NCBI GenBank assembly: GCA_009837285.1
Contig: VXTU01000114.1
Coordinates: 1-57,920 of the forward strand
Direction: 5' to 3'
From: Chloroflexota bacterium
Lineage (GTDB): Bacteria > Chloroflexota > Dehalococcoidia > UBA2979
DNA length: 57,920 nucleotides
A model generated the notes under the pieces. That model did no database searches and was not told the origin of the DNA. It saw nothing but the letters and a program-made list of their open reading frames with translations. Within the stretch, counting starts at the first letter, position 1. The number at the start of each line of letters is the position of its first letter. Position numbers and translations under genes: made by a program. Shown one piece after another: positions 28,499 to 36,376 of this stretch.

Positions 28499-30838
28499 AT
28501 GCGTCCGGACAAGGGCTTGATTCGCGCGACGCTCGTTGCGGCTGTCGCGCTGCTTTCGTCTGTGGCTGCTCCCTCCTCGGCACAGTCCGAGAACGTGCTG
28601 TCGAATGGAGGCTTCGAGGACGGCGCCTCTGGGTGGTTGACGTCCGGGACCAATGCCACCCTGACCGTCGACGAGACGGACCCCGTGCACTCCGGCTCCG
28701 CGGCCGGGCGCCTCACGGCCACGGCAGCCGGCGCCATTTCCACCGCGTCGCAGTACTGGTGGGCGCCCATCGACGCCCTCGAGCAGTACACGCTCAGCAT
28801 CGAGCTGCAGGCCGACGACCCCGGCATCAGCAACGCTGCCGCGACACTCGAGGTGGTGGACGGCGATGGCGAGGTGCTGGCAAGCCGGGGAGGGTCGCCC
28901 GAGACTGGCTCCGGGTGGCTGTCCATCACAACGGAGCCGGTACTCGCGCCCGCTTCAGCTGAGTACGCGCGGATCGTCGTGAGCGCCGCCGCGGCGAGCG
29001 CGGGAGCGGTCCTCCACATCGACTCGGCCGCCGTCACCGTCGCCGACCCGGAGCCTCAACCCACGGAGACGGCCACGGCCACCGCTACCGCGACAGCCAC
29101 GCCAACCGCGACGGCAACCGCGACCGCCCCACCACCCCCATCGCCTGAGCCAACGGTGCCCGTGCCGCCGGTCGATGTGCCGAAGCCGACACTCCGCTCC
29201 GTCGCGAACCGCCCCGAACCCCGCCCGACGTTCCCGGCACGGCTGATCGCCGAGCCGCCGCCCCGGAGGGTGGCGCCGCTGCTGCTGCGCAACGCCGACT
29301 TCGAGTCGCCCGACGGCTTCGATGGCTGGCACGCCCGTGGCGGCGAGGGGCGCGTGGAGGAGTCCACGCCCGGGTCTTCCGTCGCCGTGCTGACCTCGCG
29401 GACCACCGCGACGAAGTGGATCTATCAGGTAGTGCCCGTCACCCCGGGTGAGTGGTATCAGGCTGGGGCATGGCTGCAGCCGCGCGACGACGCCGAACTC
29501 GGCCTCGTGCGCATCGCCTGGTACGCCTCTGGCGACGGCAGCGGGCGGCAACTCGCCACGGTCGACTCGTCTCCCGCGCCCGGCGATGCTGCCGACTTTG
29601 TAGAGGTGATGACCGGAGCCGTGCGGGCGCCTCCCACGGCGCGAAGCGCCCAGGTGCGGCTGATGCTCCGCCCGCGGAGCAGCGCGCTCGCCAGCCTCAT
29701 CGCCGACGATGCCTACTTCGAGCCGACCTCGGCGCCTGCCCCGGAACCGCCCGAGGCGCCGCCACCGACTGAGACGCCCGTGGCTTCCCCGACGGCCATC
29801 GCCGCTCCCTCTCCGGCGGCCACGCCGTCGCCGGAAGCTATAGCGTCGCCGGTGTCCTCCGCGGCCCCGGCGACTGCCACGCCTGCCGCCAGCCCGGAGC
29901 CCACGGCACGTCCAAGTCGGAACACGCCGCCCGAACCGGTTGCGAGCCCGACGCCCGAGTCGACACCCCCGTCCGCCCCGCAAGTCGTGCGCAGCGTGGC
30001 GCTGGCCCCTGCGCTGCCCCCGACTCGCCCGGCCGCGACGATCAGCGCCACCGCGCCGGTACTCACGGCGTTCGACATCCCGCTGCGCATCACGGCACTC
30101 CTCCCCGACCCGATCGAACCCGGCCCCGACGCGCGGTTCGAGTGGATCGAGGTGACGAACGTCGGTCGGTCGCCGCTCCGTATCCGGGGCTTTGAGCTGC
30201 GCGACAACGCCTCTTCCCTCGCCCTCCCGGACGTTGAGTTGCCCGCGGGGGGTTCGATCATGGTGGCGGGCGAATCGGCCGACCTCGGTCACGTCGTCGC
30301 CCTGCGCGTGGAAGGCGGGCTCTTCAACGGCCTCGCCAACGCGGGCGACCGCGTCGTGCTGCTGACCCCGGAAGGGGCAGTGGTCGACTCGCTGTCGTAT
30401 GGGGACGACGCGAGCAGATTCGGCCCACCCCTCGCGGCCCCCGGCAGCGGCGAGCAGCTCCGACGGCGCTTCGCTGCGAACGGGACGCTGATTGGCGTGG
30501 AGGTTGGGCCTGGCGGTGGCGGGGAGGCGGCAGGAATGGCTGTAGCGACGGCAGATCCCGAACCCACAGTCGAGGCCCGCGCTGCCGCCCCTCTCTTGAG
30601 CCCGACTGTCGAGACAAGGGCGCCTGCGGCAACCACGGCCTCCGGCCCCGCTCCAACATCGGCGACGGGGGCGGTTGCCCGGCCCGAGCTCACCTCCACG
30701 GAGCCGAACCTCGAGCGGGAGGCCGCCGGGAGCGGTGAGGGGGTGAACCGCTCGGCGTGGATCGCGCTCGCCTCGATCGCTCTCGGTGCGCTTGCGGGTG
30801 TGGGTGCGTTCCGGCTGCGCGAACTGCTGGCGGTGTAG
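28499..30838 (+). CDS. Secreted, C-terminally membrane-anchored multidomain protein: two CBM_4_9-like modules, Pro/Thr/Ala linkers and a lamin-tail (LTD) domain
   Basis: Signal peptide ...SSVAAPSSAQS. NGGFEDGASGW and NADFESPDGFDGW module starts. LTD-like FEWIEVTNVG...GFELRD...NAGDRVVLLTPEGAVVDSLSYGDD. Terminal TM segment WIALASIALGALAGVGAF. Confidence 0.7.
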   Translation: MRPDKGLIRATLVAAVALLSSVAAPSSAQSENVLSNGGFEDGASGWLTSGTNATLTVDETDPVHSGSAAGRLTATAAGAISTASQYWWAPIDALEQYTLSIELQADDPGISNAAATLEVVDGDGEVLASRGGSPETGSGWLSITTEPVLAPASAEYARIVVSAAAASAGAVLHIDSAAVTVADPEPQPTETATATATATATPTATATATAPPPPSPEPTVPVPPVDVPKPTLRSVANRPEPRPTFPARLIAEPPPRRVAPLLLRNADFESPDGFDGWHARGGEGRVEESTPGSSVAVLTSRTTATKWIYQVVPVTPGEWYQAGAWLQPRDDAELGLVRIAWYASGDGSGRQLATVDSSPAPGDAADFVEVMTGAVRAPPTARSAQVRLMLRPRSSALASLIADDAYFEPTSAPAPEPPEAPPPTETPVASPTAIAAPSPAATPSPEAIASPVSSAAPATATPAASPEPTARPSRNTPPEPVASPTPESTPPSAPQVVRSVALAPALPPTRPAATISATAPVLTAFDIPLRITALLPDPIEPGPDARFEWIEVTNVGRSPLRIRGFELRDNASSLALPDVELPAGGSIMVAGESADLGHVVALRVEGGLFNGLANAGDRVVLLTPEGAVVDSLSYGDDASRFGPPLAAPGSGEQLRRRFAANGTLIGVEVGPGGGGEAAGMAVATADPEPTVEARAAAPLLSPTVETRAPAATTASGPAPTSATGAVARPELTSTEPNLEREAAGSGEGVNRSAWIALASIALGALAGVGAFRLRELLAV
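29069..29128 (+). repeat. Thr-Ala dipeptide tract (6-bp ACN-GCN tandem repeat) inside the LTD protein gene
   Basis: Encodes TATATATATATPTATATATA. Confidence 0.8.
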
Positions 30839-30841
30839 CCG

Positions 30842-32086
30842 CTACGGCGTGGCGCCCGTGGGACTGCGTGGAAGCGAGACCTCCACGACGAGCCCCCCGC
30901 CCGGCAGCGCCCGGGCCGTTGCCGTGCCGCGGTGCGCAAGCGCGATGGCGCGCACGATCGACAGGCCGAGGCCGTACCCATCGCGCCCCGCTCTGCGCGT
31001 GCGGTCGAGCCGCGCGAAGCGCTCGAATAGCCGCGGGGCCTCCTCGCCGGGAATCAGCGGGCCGCCATTGGCGCACCGGAGCGTCACCGTGTCGGAGTCC
31101 TGCATGGTGGCGATCTCGATCCGGCCGTCGCGCTCGTTGTGGTCGACGGCGTTGTCGACCAGGTTGCCCACGAGCCGGTCGAGCAGCATCCGATCGCCCT
31201 CGACCCGCGCCTCGGTCAGGTCGAGGGTGATATCGAGTGCCAACTCCTCGATGTCCGCAGACCGTGCGTCGAGTGCGCTTCGCACCGCGTCGGCGAGATC
31301 CGTCTCCTGGTCCAACTCCAGCGGACCCTCGGCGCGGGCCAGCACGAGCAGGCGGTCGATGAGCCCCTCGGTGCGCTCGATCGCGCGCCGCACGACCTCC
31401 GCCGTCGCCTCGAGTTGGTCCCGCCCCGCGTCGGGGTCGTCGAGCGTGACGTCTATCTCGGTGCGGATGATCGTGAGCGGTGTGCGCAGCTCATGCGAGG
31501 CGTTGGCGACGAACTCGCGCTGCGCCTCGAACGCCGTCTGCAGGCGGTCCAGCATCGCATCGAACTGGTCGGCGAGGTCCTTGAGCTCGTCGGGCGGGCC
31601 GGCGAGGTCGATGCGCTCCTCGAGTCGCTCGTCGGTGATGCGGCGGGCGGTATCGGCGATCTCGTGCACGGGCCGGAGCATCCGCCCGGCAACGAACCAG
31701 CCCAGTCCAATCGAGGCGACGGCCATCGCCCCCAGAGCGATGCTCGACCGCCAGAGGAGCTCGCGGAGGGTGTCCTCCTTGATGCGCGATACGAGGCTAT
31801 CGAACAGCGAGGAGGCCGACACGGCGCGGAACACGCCCTGCCTCCCGCGCACGGGCTCGCGCTGGACCAGGAACGTAAACTCCCCGCGCAGGTCTCCGGC
31901 CTCCAGGTCCAGCCGCTCCTCGAGCGCATCGCGCAGGTCCTCGCCGCCCGAGGGGAAGTTGCGTGCGACGAGCGCGAAGTTGAGGGCAAGCAGGACGGTC
32001 CCCGCGAGCAGGAAGAGCGCCCCGTACCAGAGCGTGAGGCGCAGCCGGATCGATGGCTGCCCGGCGGCGCCGAGGAGCCGCCGCAT
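30842..32086 (-). CDS. Sensor histidine kinase (2 TM, HAMP, HisKA, HATPase_c)
   Basis: H-box SHELRTPLT, N-box DNAVDHN, G-box GLGLSIV. ATG 32086 overlaps the regulator gene stop (TGATG). Confidence 0.85.
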   Translation of the reverse strand: MRRLLGAAGQPSIRLRLTLWYGALFLLAGTVLLALNFALVARNFPSGGEDLRDALEERLDLEAGDLRGEFTFLVQREPVRGRQGVFRAVSASSLFDSLVSRIKEDTLRELLWRSSIALGAMAVASIGLGWFVAGRMLRPVHEIADTARRITDERLEERIDLAGPPDELKDLADQFDAMLDRLQTAFEAQREFVANASHELRTPLTIIRTEIDVTLDDPDAGRDQLEATAEVVRRAIERTEGLIDRLLVLARAEGPLELDQETDLADAVRSALDARSADIEELALDITLDLTEARVEGDRMLLDRLVGNLVDNAVDHNERDGRIEIATMQDSDTVTLRCANGGPLIPGEEAPRLFERFARLDRTRRAGRDGYGLGLSIVRAIALAHRGTATARALPGGGLVVEVSLPRSPTGATP

Positions 32087-32742
32087 CAGGGGATGCGGTA
32101 GCCGACGCCCCGCACGGTCTCGATCAGCGGCGGCTCGCCCAGGGACTTGCGCAGCTTCATGATCGTGACGCGCACGACGTTCGTAAAGGGGTCTGTGTGC
32201 TCGTCCCACGCACGGTCCAGCAGCTCCTCGGAGCTGACGACGGCGCCTTCTGCCTCCAGCAGCACCTGCAACACGGCGAACTCCTTGCGCGTCAGGCCCA
32301 GATCGCGACCGTCGCGCGCGGCGCTCCGCCGCGCAGCGTCCAGGCGCACGCCATCGCGTTCGAGGACGGGTTGCGCCGCCGGCCGCGCGCGGCGGCCCAG
32401 CGCCCGCAGCCGCGCGCGCAGCTCGCCGAAGTCGAAGGGCTTCGCCAGGTAGTCGTCCGCGCCCAGGTCGAGCCCCTCGATGCGGTCGTGGACGGCGGCC
32501 GCCGCCGTGAGCATGAGGATGCGGCAGTCGTGCTCGCCTGCGACCAGTTTCCGGCAGACGTCGTCGCCGTGGACGGTGGGGAGGTCGCGGTCGAGGACGA
32601 CGATGTCGTACGGGTGGATGGCGGCCTTCTCCAGCGCCTCGGCGCCGTCGAAGGCGAGATCGACAGCGAGGCCGTCGCGCCGCAGTCCGCGCGCGATCGC
32701 GTTCGCTAGGTCGCGCTCGTCTTCGACCAGCAGCACGCGCAT
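32086..32742 (-). CDS. OmpR/PhoB-family response regulator
   Basis: MRVLLVEDE receiver domain plus a winged-helix output domain (...VRGVGYRIP). Confidence 0.9.
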   Translation of the reverse strand: MRVLLVEDERDLANAIARGLRRDGLAVDLAFDGAEALEKAAIHPYDIVVLDRDLPTVHGDDVCRKLVAGEHDCRILMLTAAAAVHDRIEGLDLGADDYLAKPFDFGELRARLRALGRRARPAAQPVLERDGVRLDAARRSAARDGRDLGLTRKEFAVLQVLLEAEGAVVSSEELLDRAWDEHTDPFTNVVRVTIMKLRKSLGEPPLIETVRGVGYRIP

Positions 32743-32792
32743 GCAGCCTCCGGGGGGCCTCGAGCCCTCGGGCAGGGTACGCCGCCCGACCT

Positions 32793-32843
32793 AACGGGAA
32801 CGTAACGCCCGCCCGGCGAAGGTAAACGGGAAGACAACGGGAA
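32793..32843. promoter_or_regulatory. Three AACGGGAA direct repeats, two of them at 11-bp phasing, in the divergent intergenic region; candidate response-regulator operator
   Basis: AACGGGAA at 32793-32800, 32825-32832 and 32836-32843. Confidence 0.3.
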
Positions 32844-32916
32844 GCTTACGAGGAGCTTATGCGTCGCTCGCTAGCCTCCGGGCGCAACGCTCCCACCGCA
32901 GCGAAGGATGGAGTGG

Positions 32917-33645
32917 ATGACACGGACAAAGAAGACGGTCGCGATTGCCGTCGGCGGACTCGCGGCGCTGCTGCTCCTCGGCTCTGTGCTCGCGCACCCC
33001 CGCGGAGCGTTCGTCGACCGGTCGGACGTGCTCGCGCGGGCGCTCGGCATCACAGCCGAGGAGGTCGAGCAGGCGCGGGAGGACGGCACCCTGAAGGGTC
33101 TCCTCGCGGACGTGACGCGGGATGACCTCAGGACGGCGTACGAGGCAGAAGCCACCGAGGTGATCGACGATGCCTCGGCGGCAGGTGACATCACCTCGAC
33201 TCAGGCGGACCGCCTCAAGGAGGTCGTGTCGGCCGACCGCGGCGACCTCACCGACGACGACATCGCGACGCTGAAGAGCCTGCGGGGCGCCGTCACCGTC
33301 GACCGGACTGCGGTGTACGCCTCGCTGCTCGGGATCACGAGCGACGAAGTCGAGGCTGCGAAGTCGGACGGCACGCTGCGCGACAGGCTGGCCGACGTGA
33401 ACCGCGTCGCCCTCGTCGCGGCCCTCGTCGACGCTCGCGACGCCGCGATCGACGCTGCCGAGGACGCGGGCGACATCACTACCGAGCAGGCGGAACTCCT
33501 GCGCGACGCCGGGAAGGGCTTCGGCCGCTTCAGCGGCAAGGGCCACGGCCATTGGGGGAAGCGCGGCTTCGGCGGAAGCTGCGGCAACTCCGGCGAATGG
33601 TCGGGCGACAAGAAGGACGCCTCTCCCGTGGGCGATCCGGCCTGA
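32917..33645 (+). CDS. Membrane-anchored or secreted hypothetical protein with an internal duplication and a Gly/basic C-terminal tail
   Basis: N-terminus MTRTKKTVAIAVGGLAALLLLGSVLA. Repeated segment LGIT[AS][ED]EVE.A..DGTL...LADV occurs twice. An alternative ATG lies at 32908. Confidence 0.55.
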   Translation: MTRTKKTVAIAVGGLAALLLLGSVLAHPRGAFVDRSDVLARALGITAEEVEQAREDGTLKGLLADVTRDDLRTAYEAEATEVIDDASAAGDITSTQADRLKEVVSADRGDLTDDDIATLKSLRGAVTVDRTAVYASLLGITSDEVEAAKSDGTLRDRLADVNRVALVAALVDARDAAIDAAEDAGDITTEQAELLRDAGKGFGRFSGKGHGHWGKRGFGGSCGNSGEWSGDKKDASPVGDPA

Positions 33646-33663
33646 CGCCACCCTCGGAGATCC

Positions 33664-33900
33664 GGTTCCCTCTCCTCCCGACGGGGGGAGAGGGCGGACT
33701 CTGATCCCCTCGCCTCCGTCTGCGGGGGAGAGGGTTAGGGTGAGGGGGTCTGAGGGGTGCGAGCACGCATCGAGGGCCTGCTGGGCCCTCGGACCCTCAC
33801 CCCAGCCCTCTCCCGCGGTGCGGGAGGGGGGCCGGATTCCGATCCCCTCGCCCCGGCTGTGGGAGAGTGTGCGAGGGTGAGGGGGGTCTGCGGGGTGCGG
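33664..33900. repeat. Cluster of four copies (both orientations) of the GC-rich palindromic repeat family
   Basis: 33664-33701 ccctctcctcccgacggggggagaggg; 33702-33760 gatcccctcgcctccgtctgcgggggagagggttagggtgagggggtctgaggggtgcg; 33791-33835, inverted copy accctcaccccagccctctcccgcggtgcggga; 33841-33900 gatcccctcgccccggctgtgggagagtgtgcgagggtgaggggggtctgcggggtgcgg. Confidence 0.8.
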
Positions 33901-33908
33901 CCAGGCCT

Positions 33909-34313
33909 CTAGCTCTCAGCCTCTCGCCACAGCCTCAGACCGAGCGGCACGAACACCAGCGGCAGGACCACGTCGATGAACACCCAGACCTGGCTATCCG
34001 ACTGCTGGTCCCCCGCCGCCCAGTCGACCTGCACCCAGTTCCAGTAAAAGAGCAGCGTCAACGCGGCGGCGAGGTAGAACTGCACGTTCGCCTCGAGGTA
34101 CCGCCGCACGTCAGCTTCGGCGTCGCCGCGCCGCTTCGCCTCGAACGTCACGATGACGGCGAGTGGGAGGCTGGCGGCCCGCGCCCAATCGAAGACGTGC
34201 CAGAGCGCGGGCTGGCCGTCCTCCCAGTCGTAGAGGACCGGATCCAGCACGAAGTGAACCGCGAGGCCCGCCCCGACCACGATGAAGAGCGCGGCGAGGA
34301 GTCGATTCAGCAT
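33909..34313 (-). CDS. Small integral membrane protein (about 4 TM), family not recognised
   Basis: 134 aa; paralogue of the next gene (shared VHFVLDP.LY.WE, LTLLF.WN, QVW.FIDVVLP). Confidence 0.6.
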   Translation of the reverse strand: MLNRLLAALFIVVGAGLAVHFVLDPVLYDWEDGQPALWHVFDWARAASLPLAVIVTFEAKRRGDAEADVRRYLEANVQFYLAAALTLLFYWNWVQVDWAAGDQQSDSQVWVFIDVVLPLVFVPLGLRLWREAES

Positions 34314-34353
34314 TGTGACTCCCGAGCGTCGGCGGGTGGTGACCGATCCGCCG

Positions 34354-34767
34354 CTACATCTCCTCGGCCTGCAGCAGGTCGAAGCCGACCGTCACGAACA
34401 GCATCGGCAGCACCACGTCGATGAAGATCCAGACCTGCGCGTCGGGGGTCTGGGCGCCCGCCGACCACTCGATCTGGAGCGCGTTCCACAGGAACAGCAG
34501 CGTGAGCGCCACGGCGACGAAGAACTTCGTGTTGGCCACGAGGTACGCGCGCAGGTCCGACTCGCCGTCCGCGGCCTGCTTCGCCATGAAGGTCACGTAG
34601 AGCGCGATCGGGAGGCCGCCGGCCATCAGCCAGTCGAGCACGATCCAGGCGATCGGAACGCCCTCACCGGCCTCCCACTCGTAGAGCAAGGGATCGAGTA
34701 CGAAGTGGACCGCCACGGCCGCTCCGACGACTGCGAGGTATACCCCCGCCAGACGCTTCACCATCAT
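34354..34767 (-). CDS. Small integral membrane protein, tandem paralogue of 33909-34313
   Basis: 137 aa; the ATG-ATG start at 34767/34764 is preceded by GGAGGAGGG. The ORF-track extension to 35289 is discarded. Confidence 0.6.
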   Translation of the reverse strand: MMVKRLAGVYLAVVGAAVAVHFVLDPLLYEWEAGEGVPIAWIVLDWLMAGGLPIALYVTFMAKQAADGESDLRAYLVANTKFFVAVALTLLFLWNALQIEWSAGAQTPDAQVWIFIDVVLPMLFVTVGFDLLQAEEM

Positions 34768-34899
34768 CGTGATCAGCCCTCCTCCGGACATGCGACTGCG
34801 AATCAGCTGGCCGCAGTCTACAGAGTTTCTTGCTGGTTCATTAACGGTTCGCGCCCCCGTTGCCGCCGGTGTCCGCCCGGTCGTCTGGCCACTCCCGCC

Positions 34900-35028
34900 G
34901 ACGCGTGCCAGCGTGCGGCCTCGGCGTAGTGATCGGGGAAGTCCGGTGCAAGTCCGGCGCTGTCCCGCAACCGTGAGTCGCCCCGCCCCCAAAAAAGGCG
35001 AGGTGGCAAGCCAGATGACCCACGCGTT
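34900..35028 (+). promoter_or_regulatory. Cobalamin (B12) riboswitch
   Basis: Core GGGAAGTCCGGTGCAAGTCCGGCGCTGTCCCGCAACCGTGAG (34934-34976) matches the conserved cobalamin aptamer core. B12-box-like AAGCCAGATGACC at 35008-35020. A P1 helix is possible between acgcgtg (34901-34907) and cacgcgt (35021-35027). The RBS (35000-35006) and ATG (35015) lie inside the element. Confidence 0.8.
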
Positions 35029-35248
35029 CCCGATCCATCGATGGCTGCTGAGGCCGCTGCTCGTCGCGTTCGTGCTGATCGCGGCGTTCGCCGTGCTCGC
35101 CTGCACTGGCGACGATGACGACGAGGCGGCCGCACCTGAAACGACCGCTCCGGCTCCTACTGCGGCGCTGGCGAGTACAGCGGGACGCTCGAGGACGGTC
35201 GGCGGGCGATCGTCGTCGTGTCTCGCGGCAGTGAACCGCGGACCGTAA
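35015..35248 (+). CDS. Short lipoprotein-like ORF (77 codons) directly controlled by the B12 riboswitch; possibly the truncated or frameshifted 5' end of a binding-protein gene
   Basis: MTHAFPIHRWLLRPLLVAFVLIAAFAVLAC-TGDDDDEAAAPE...: lipobox plus an Asp-rich linker like the two family-5 binding proteins here. GAGGTGG lies 8 nt upstream. The C-terminal 30 aa look non-native. Confidence 0.35.
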   Translation: MTHAFPIHRWLLRPLLVAFVLIAAFAVLACTGDDDDEAAAPETTAPAPTAALASTAGRSRTVGGRSSSCLAAVNRGP

Positions 35249-35278
35249 TCACTGTGATGCTCGCACGCGAGGAGTAGG

Positions 35279-35533
35279 ATGGTCGGCATGAGAGTTCGCT
35301 ACGACTCCGACGCCGATGTGGTGTTCGTCGTACTGCGCGAACCCCGAGGGGGTGAGAGCGGCGGCGAGCGCATTGACGAGCGCCGCTACGCCCATTTCGA
35401 CCAGGCGGATCGCCTGTTCGCCTATGAGTTCCTGTCCGTGAGCAAGGGTGTTTCGCTCGCTGGCATCGAGCCGCAGGATGCCACCCTGATCCGGGAGGCC
35501 ATCGACTCAGTAGCGCGGCTCGCGGTCGCCTGA
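35279..35533 (+). CDS. DUF2283 domain protein
   Basis: MRVRYDSDADVVFVVL... pattern typical of DUF2283; 84 aa; GAGGAG upstream. Confidence 0.7.
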   Translation: MVGMRVRYDSDADVVFVVLREPRGGESGGERIDERRYAHFDQADRLFAYEFLSVSKGVSLAGIEPQDATLIREAIDSVARLAVA

Positions 35534-36366
35534 TGGAGCAACTCGAAGGCCGCGTGGCCGTGATAACCGGTGGCGGCAGCGGGATCGGCGAGGGCCTGGC
35601 CCACGCCTGCCACGCCGCCGGCATGCGGGTCGCGCTCGGCGACGTCGAGGAAGACCAGGCCGCGCGCGTCGCCAACGACGTCCGCGAGCTGGGCGGCGAC
35701 GCCATCGCCGTCCACGCCGACGTCTCGTCCCCCGAGTCACTCGACGAGCTCGCCGCGCGCGCGTACGAGGCGTTCGACTCGGTGCACCTGCTCTGCAACA
35801 ACGCGGGCGTGCTCTCCGTCTCACCCCTTGTCGAGACCCCGGAGACGGACTGGGAGTGGACGCTGGGTGTGAACCTCATGGGCCCCATCCACGGCGTGCG
35901 CGCCTTCGTTCCGAGGATGCGCGAGCAGCCCGGCGACGAGGGGCACATCGTCAACACCGGCTCGGTGGCGGGCACCTTCGCGATCCGCGGCATGCCGATC
36001 GGGGTCTACACCGCCTCGAAGTACGCGGTCGTCGGCTACTCGGAGATGCTGCGCATGGAGCTCGCATCGGAGGGTATCGGCGTCTCGGTGCTGTGCCCCG
36101 GCAGGGTGGCGACGCGCATCCAGGAGGCAGGCCGCAACCGCCCGGACGCCCTCGGCGGCCCGATCGAGCAGGCGCCCGAGCTCGCCGAGCGCCGCCGTGA
36201 GCGCGCGGCCGACCGGCCGCCGCCGATGGAGCCTCGCGAGGTCGGCGAGCGCGTGCTGGACGGGGTGCGGGCGAACCGCCTGTACATCTTCACCCACGCT
36301 GACCAGCGCGGCCCCGTCGAGGACCGTTACCACGACATGATGGCTGCCTACGACGCGATCGACTGA
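35533..36366 (+). CDS. SDR-family oxidoreductase
   Basis: TGGGSGIGEG cofactor motif, NNAG, catalytic YTASK. The ATG overlaps the upstream TGA. Confidence 0.85.
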   Translation: MEQLEGRVAVITGGGSGIGEGLAHACHAAGMRVALGDVEEDQAARVANDVRELGGDAIAVHADVSSPESLDELAARAYEAFDSVHLLCNNAGVLSVSPLVETPETDWEWTLGVNLMGPIHGVRAFVPRMREQPGDEGHIVNTGSVAGTFAIRGMPIGVYTASKYAVVGYSEMLRMELASEGIGVSVLCPGRVATRIQEAGRNRPDALGGPIEQAPELAERRRERAADRPPPMEPREVGERVLDGVRANRLYIFTHADQRGPVEDRYHDMMAAYDAID

Positions 36367-36376
36367 CGGGCGCGGC

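Noticed and set aside
27400-30838. tRNA-linked genomic island (tRNA-Arg, hicAB, large surface protein).
   Set aside because: There is no integrase or recombinase gene, no detectable direct repeat of the tRNA 3' end, and no obvious compositional break apart from the short hicA promoter region.
33664-33900. Possible CRISPR array, given the clustered repeats.
   Set aside because: The repeats are imperfect, occur in both orientations, are irregularly spaced and abut each other without unique spacers. No cas genes are in the window.
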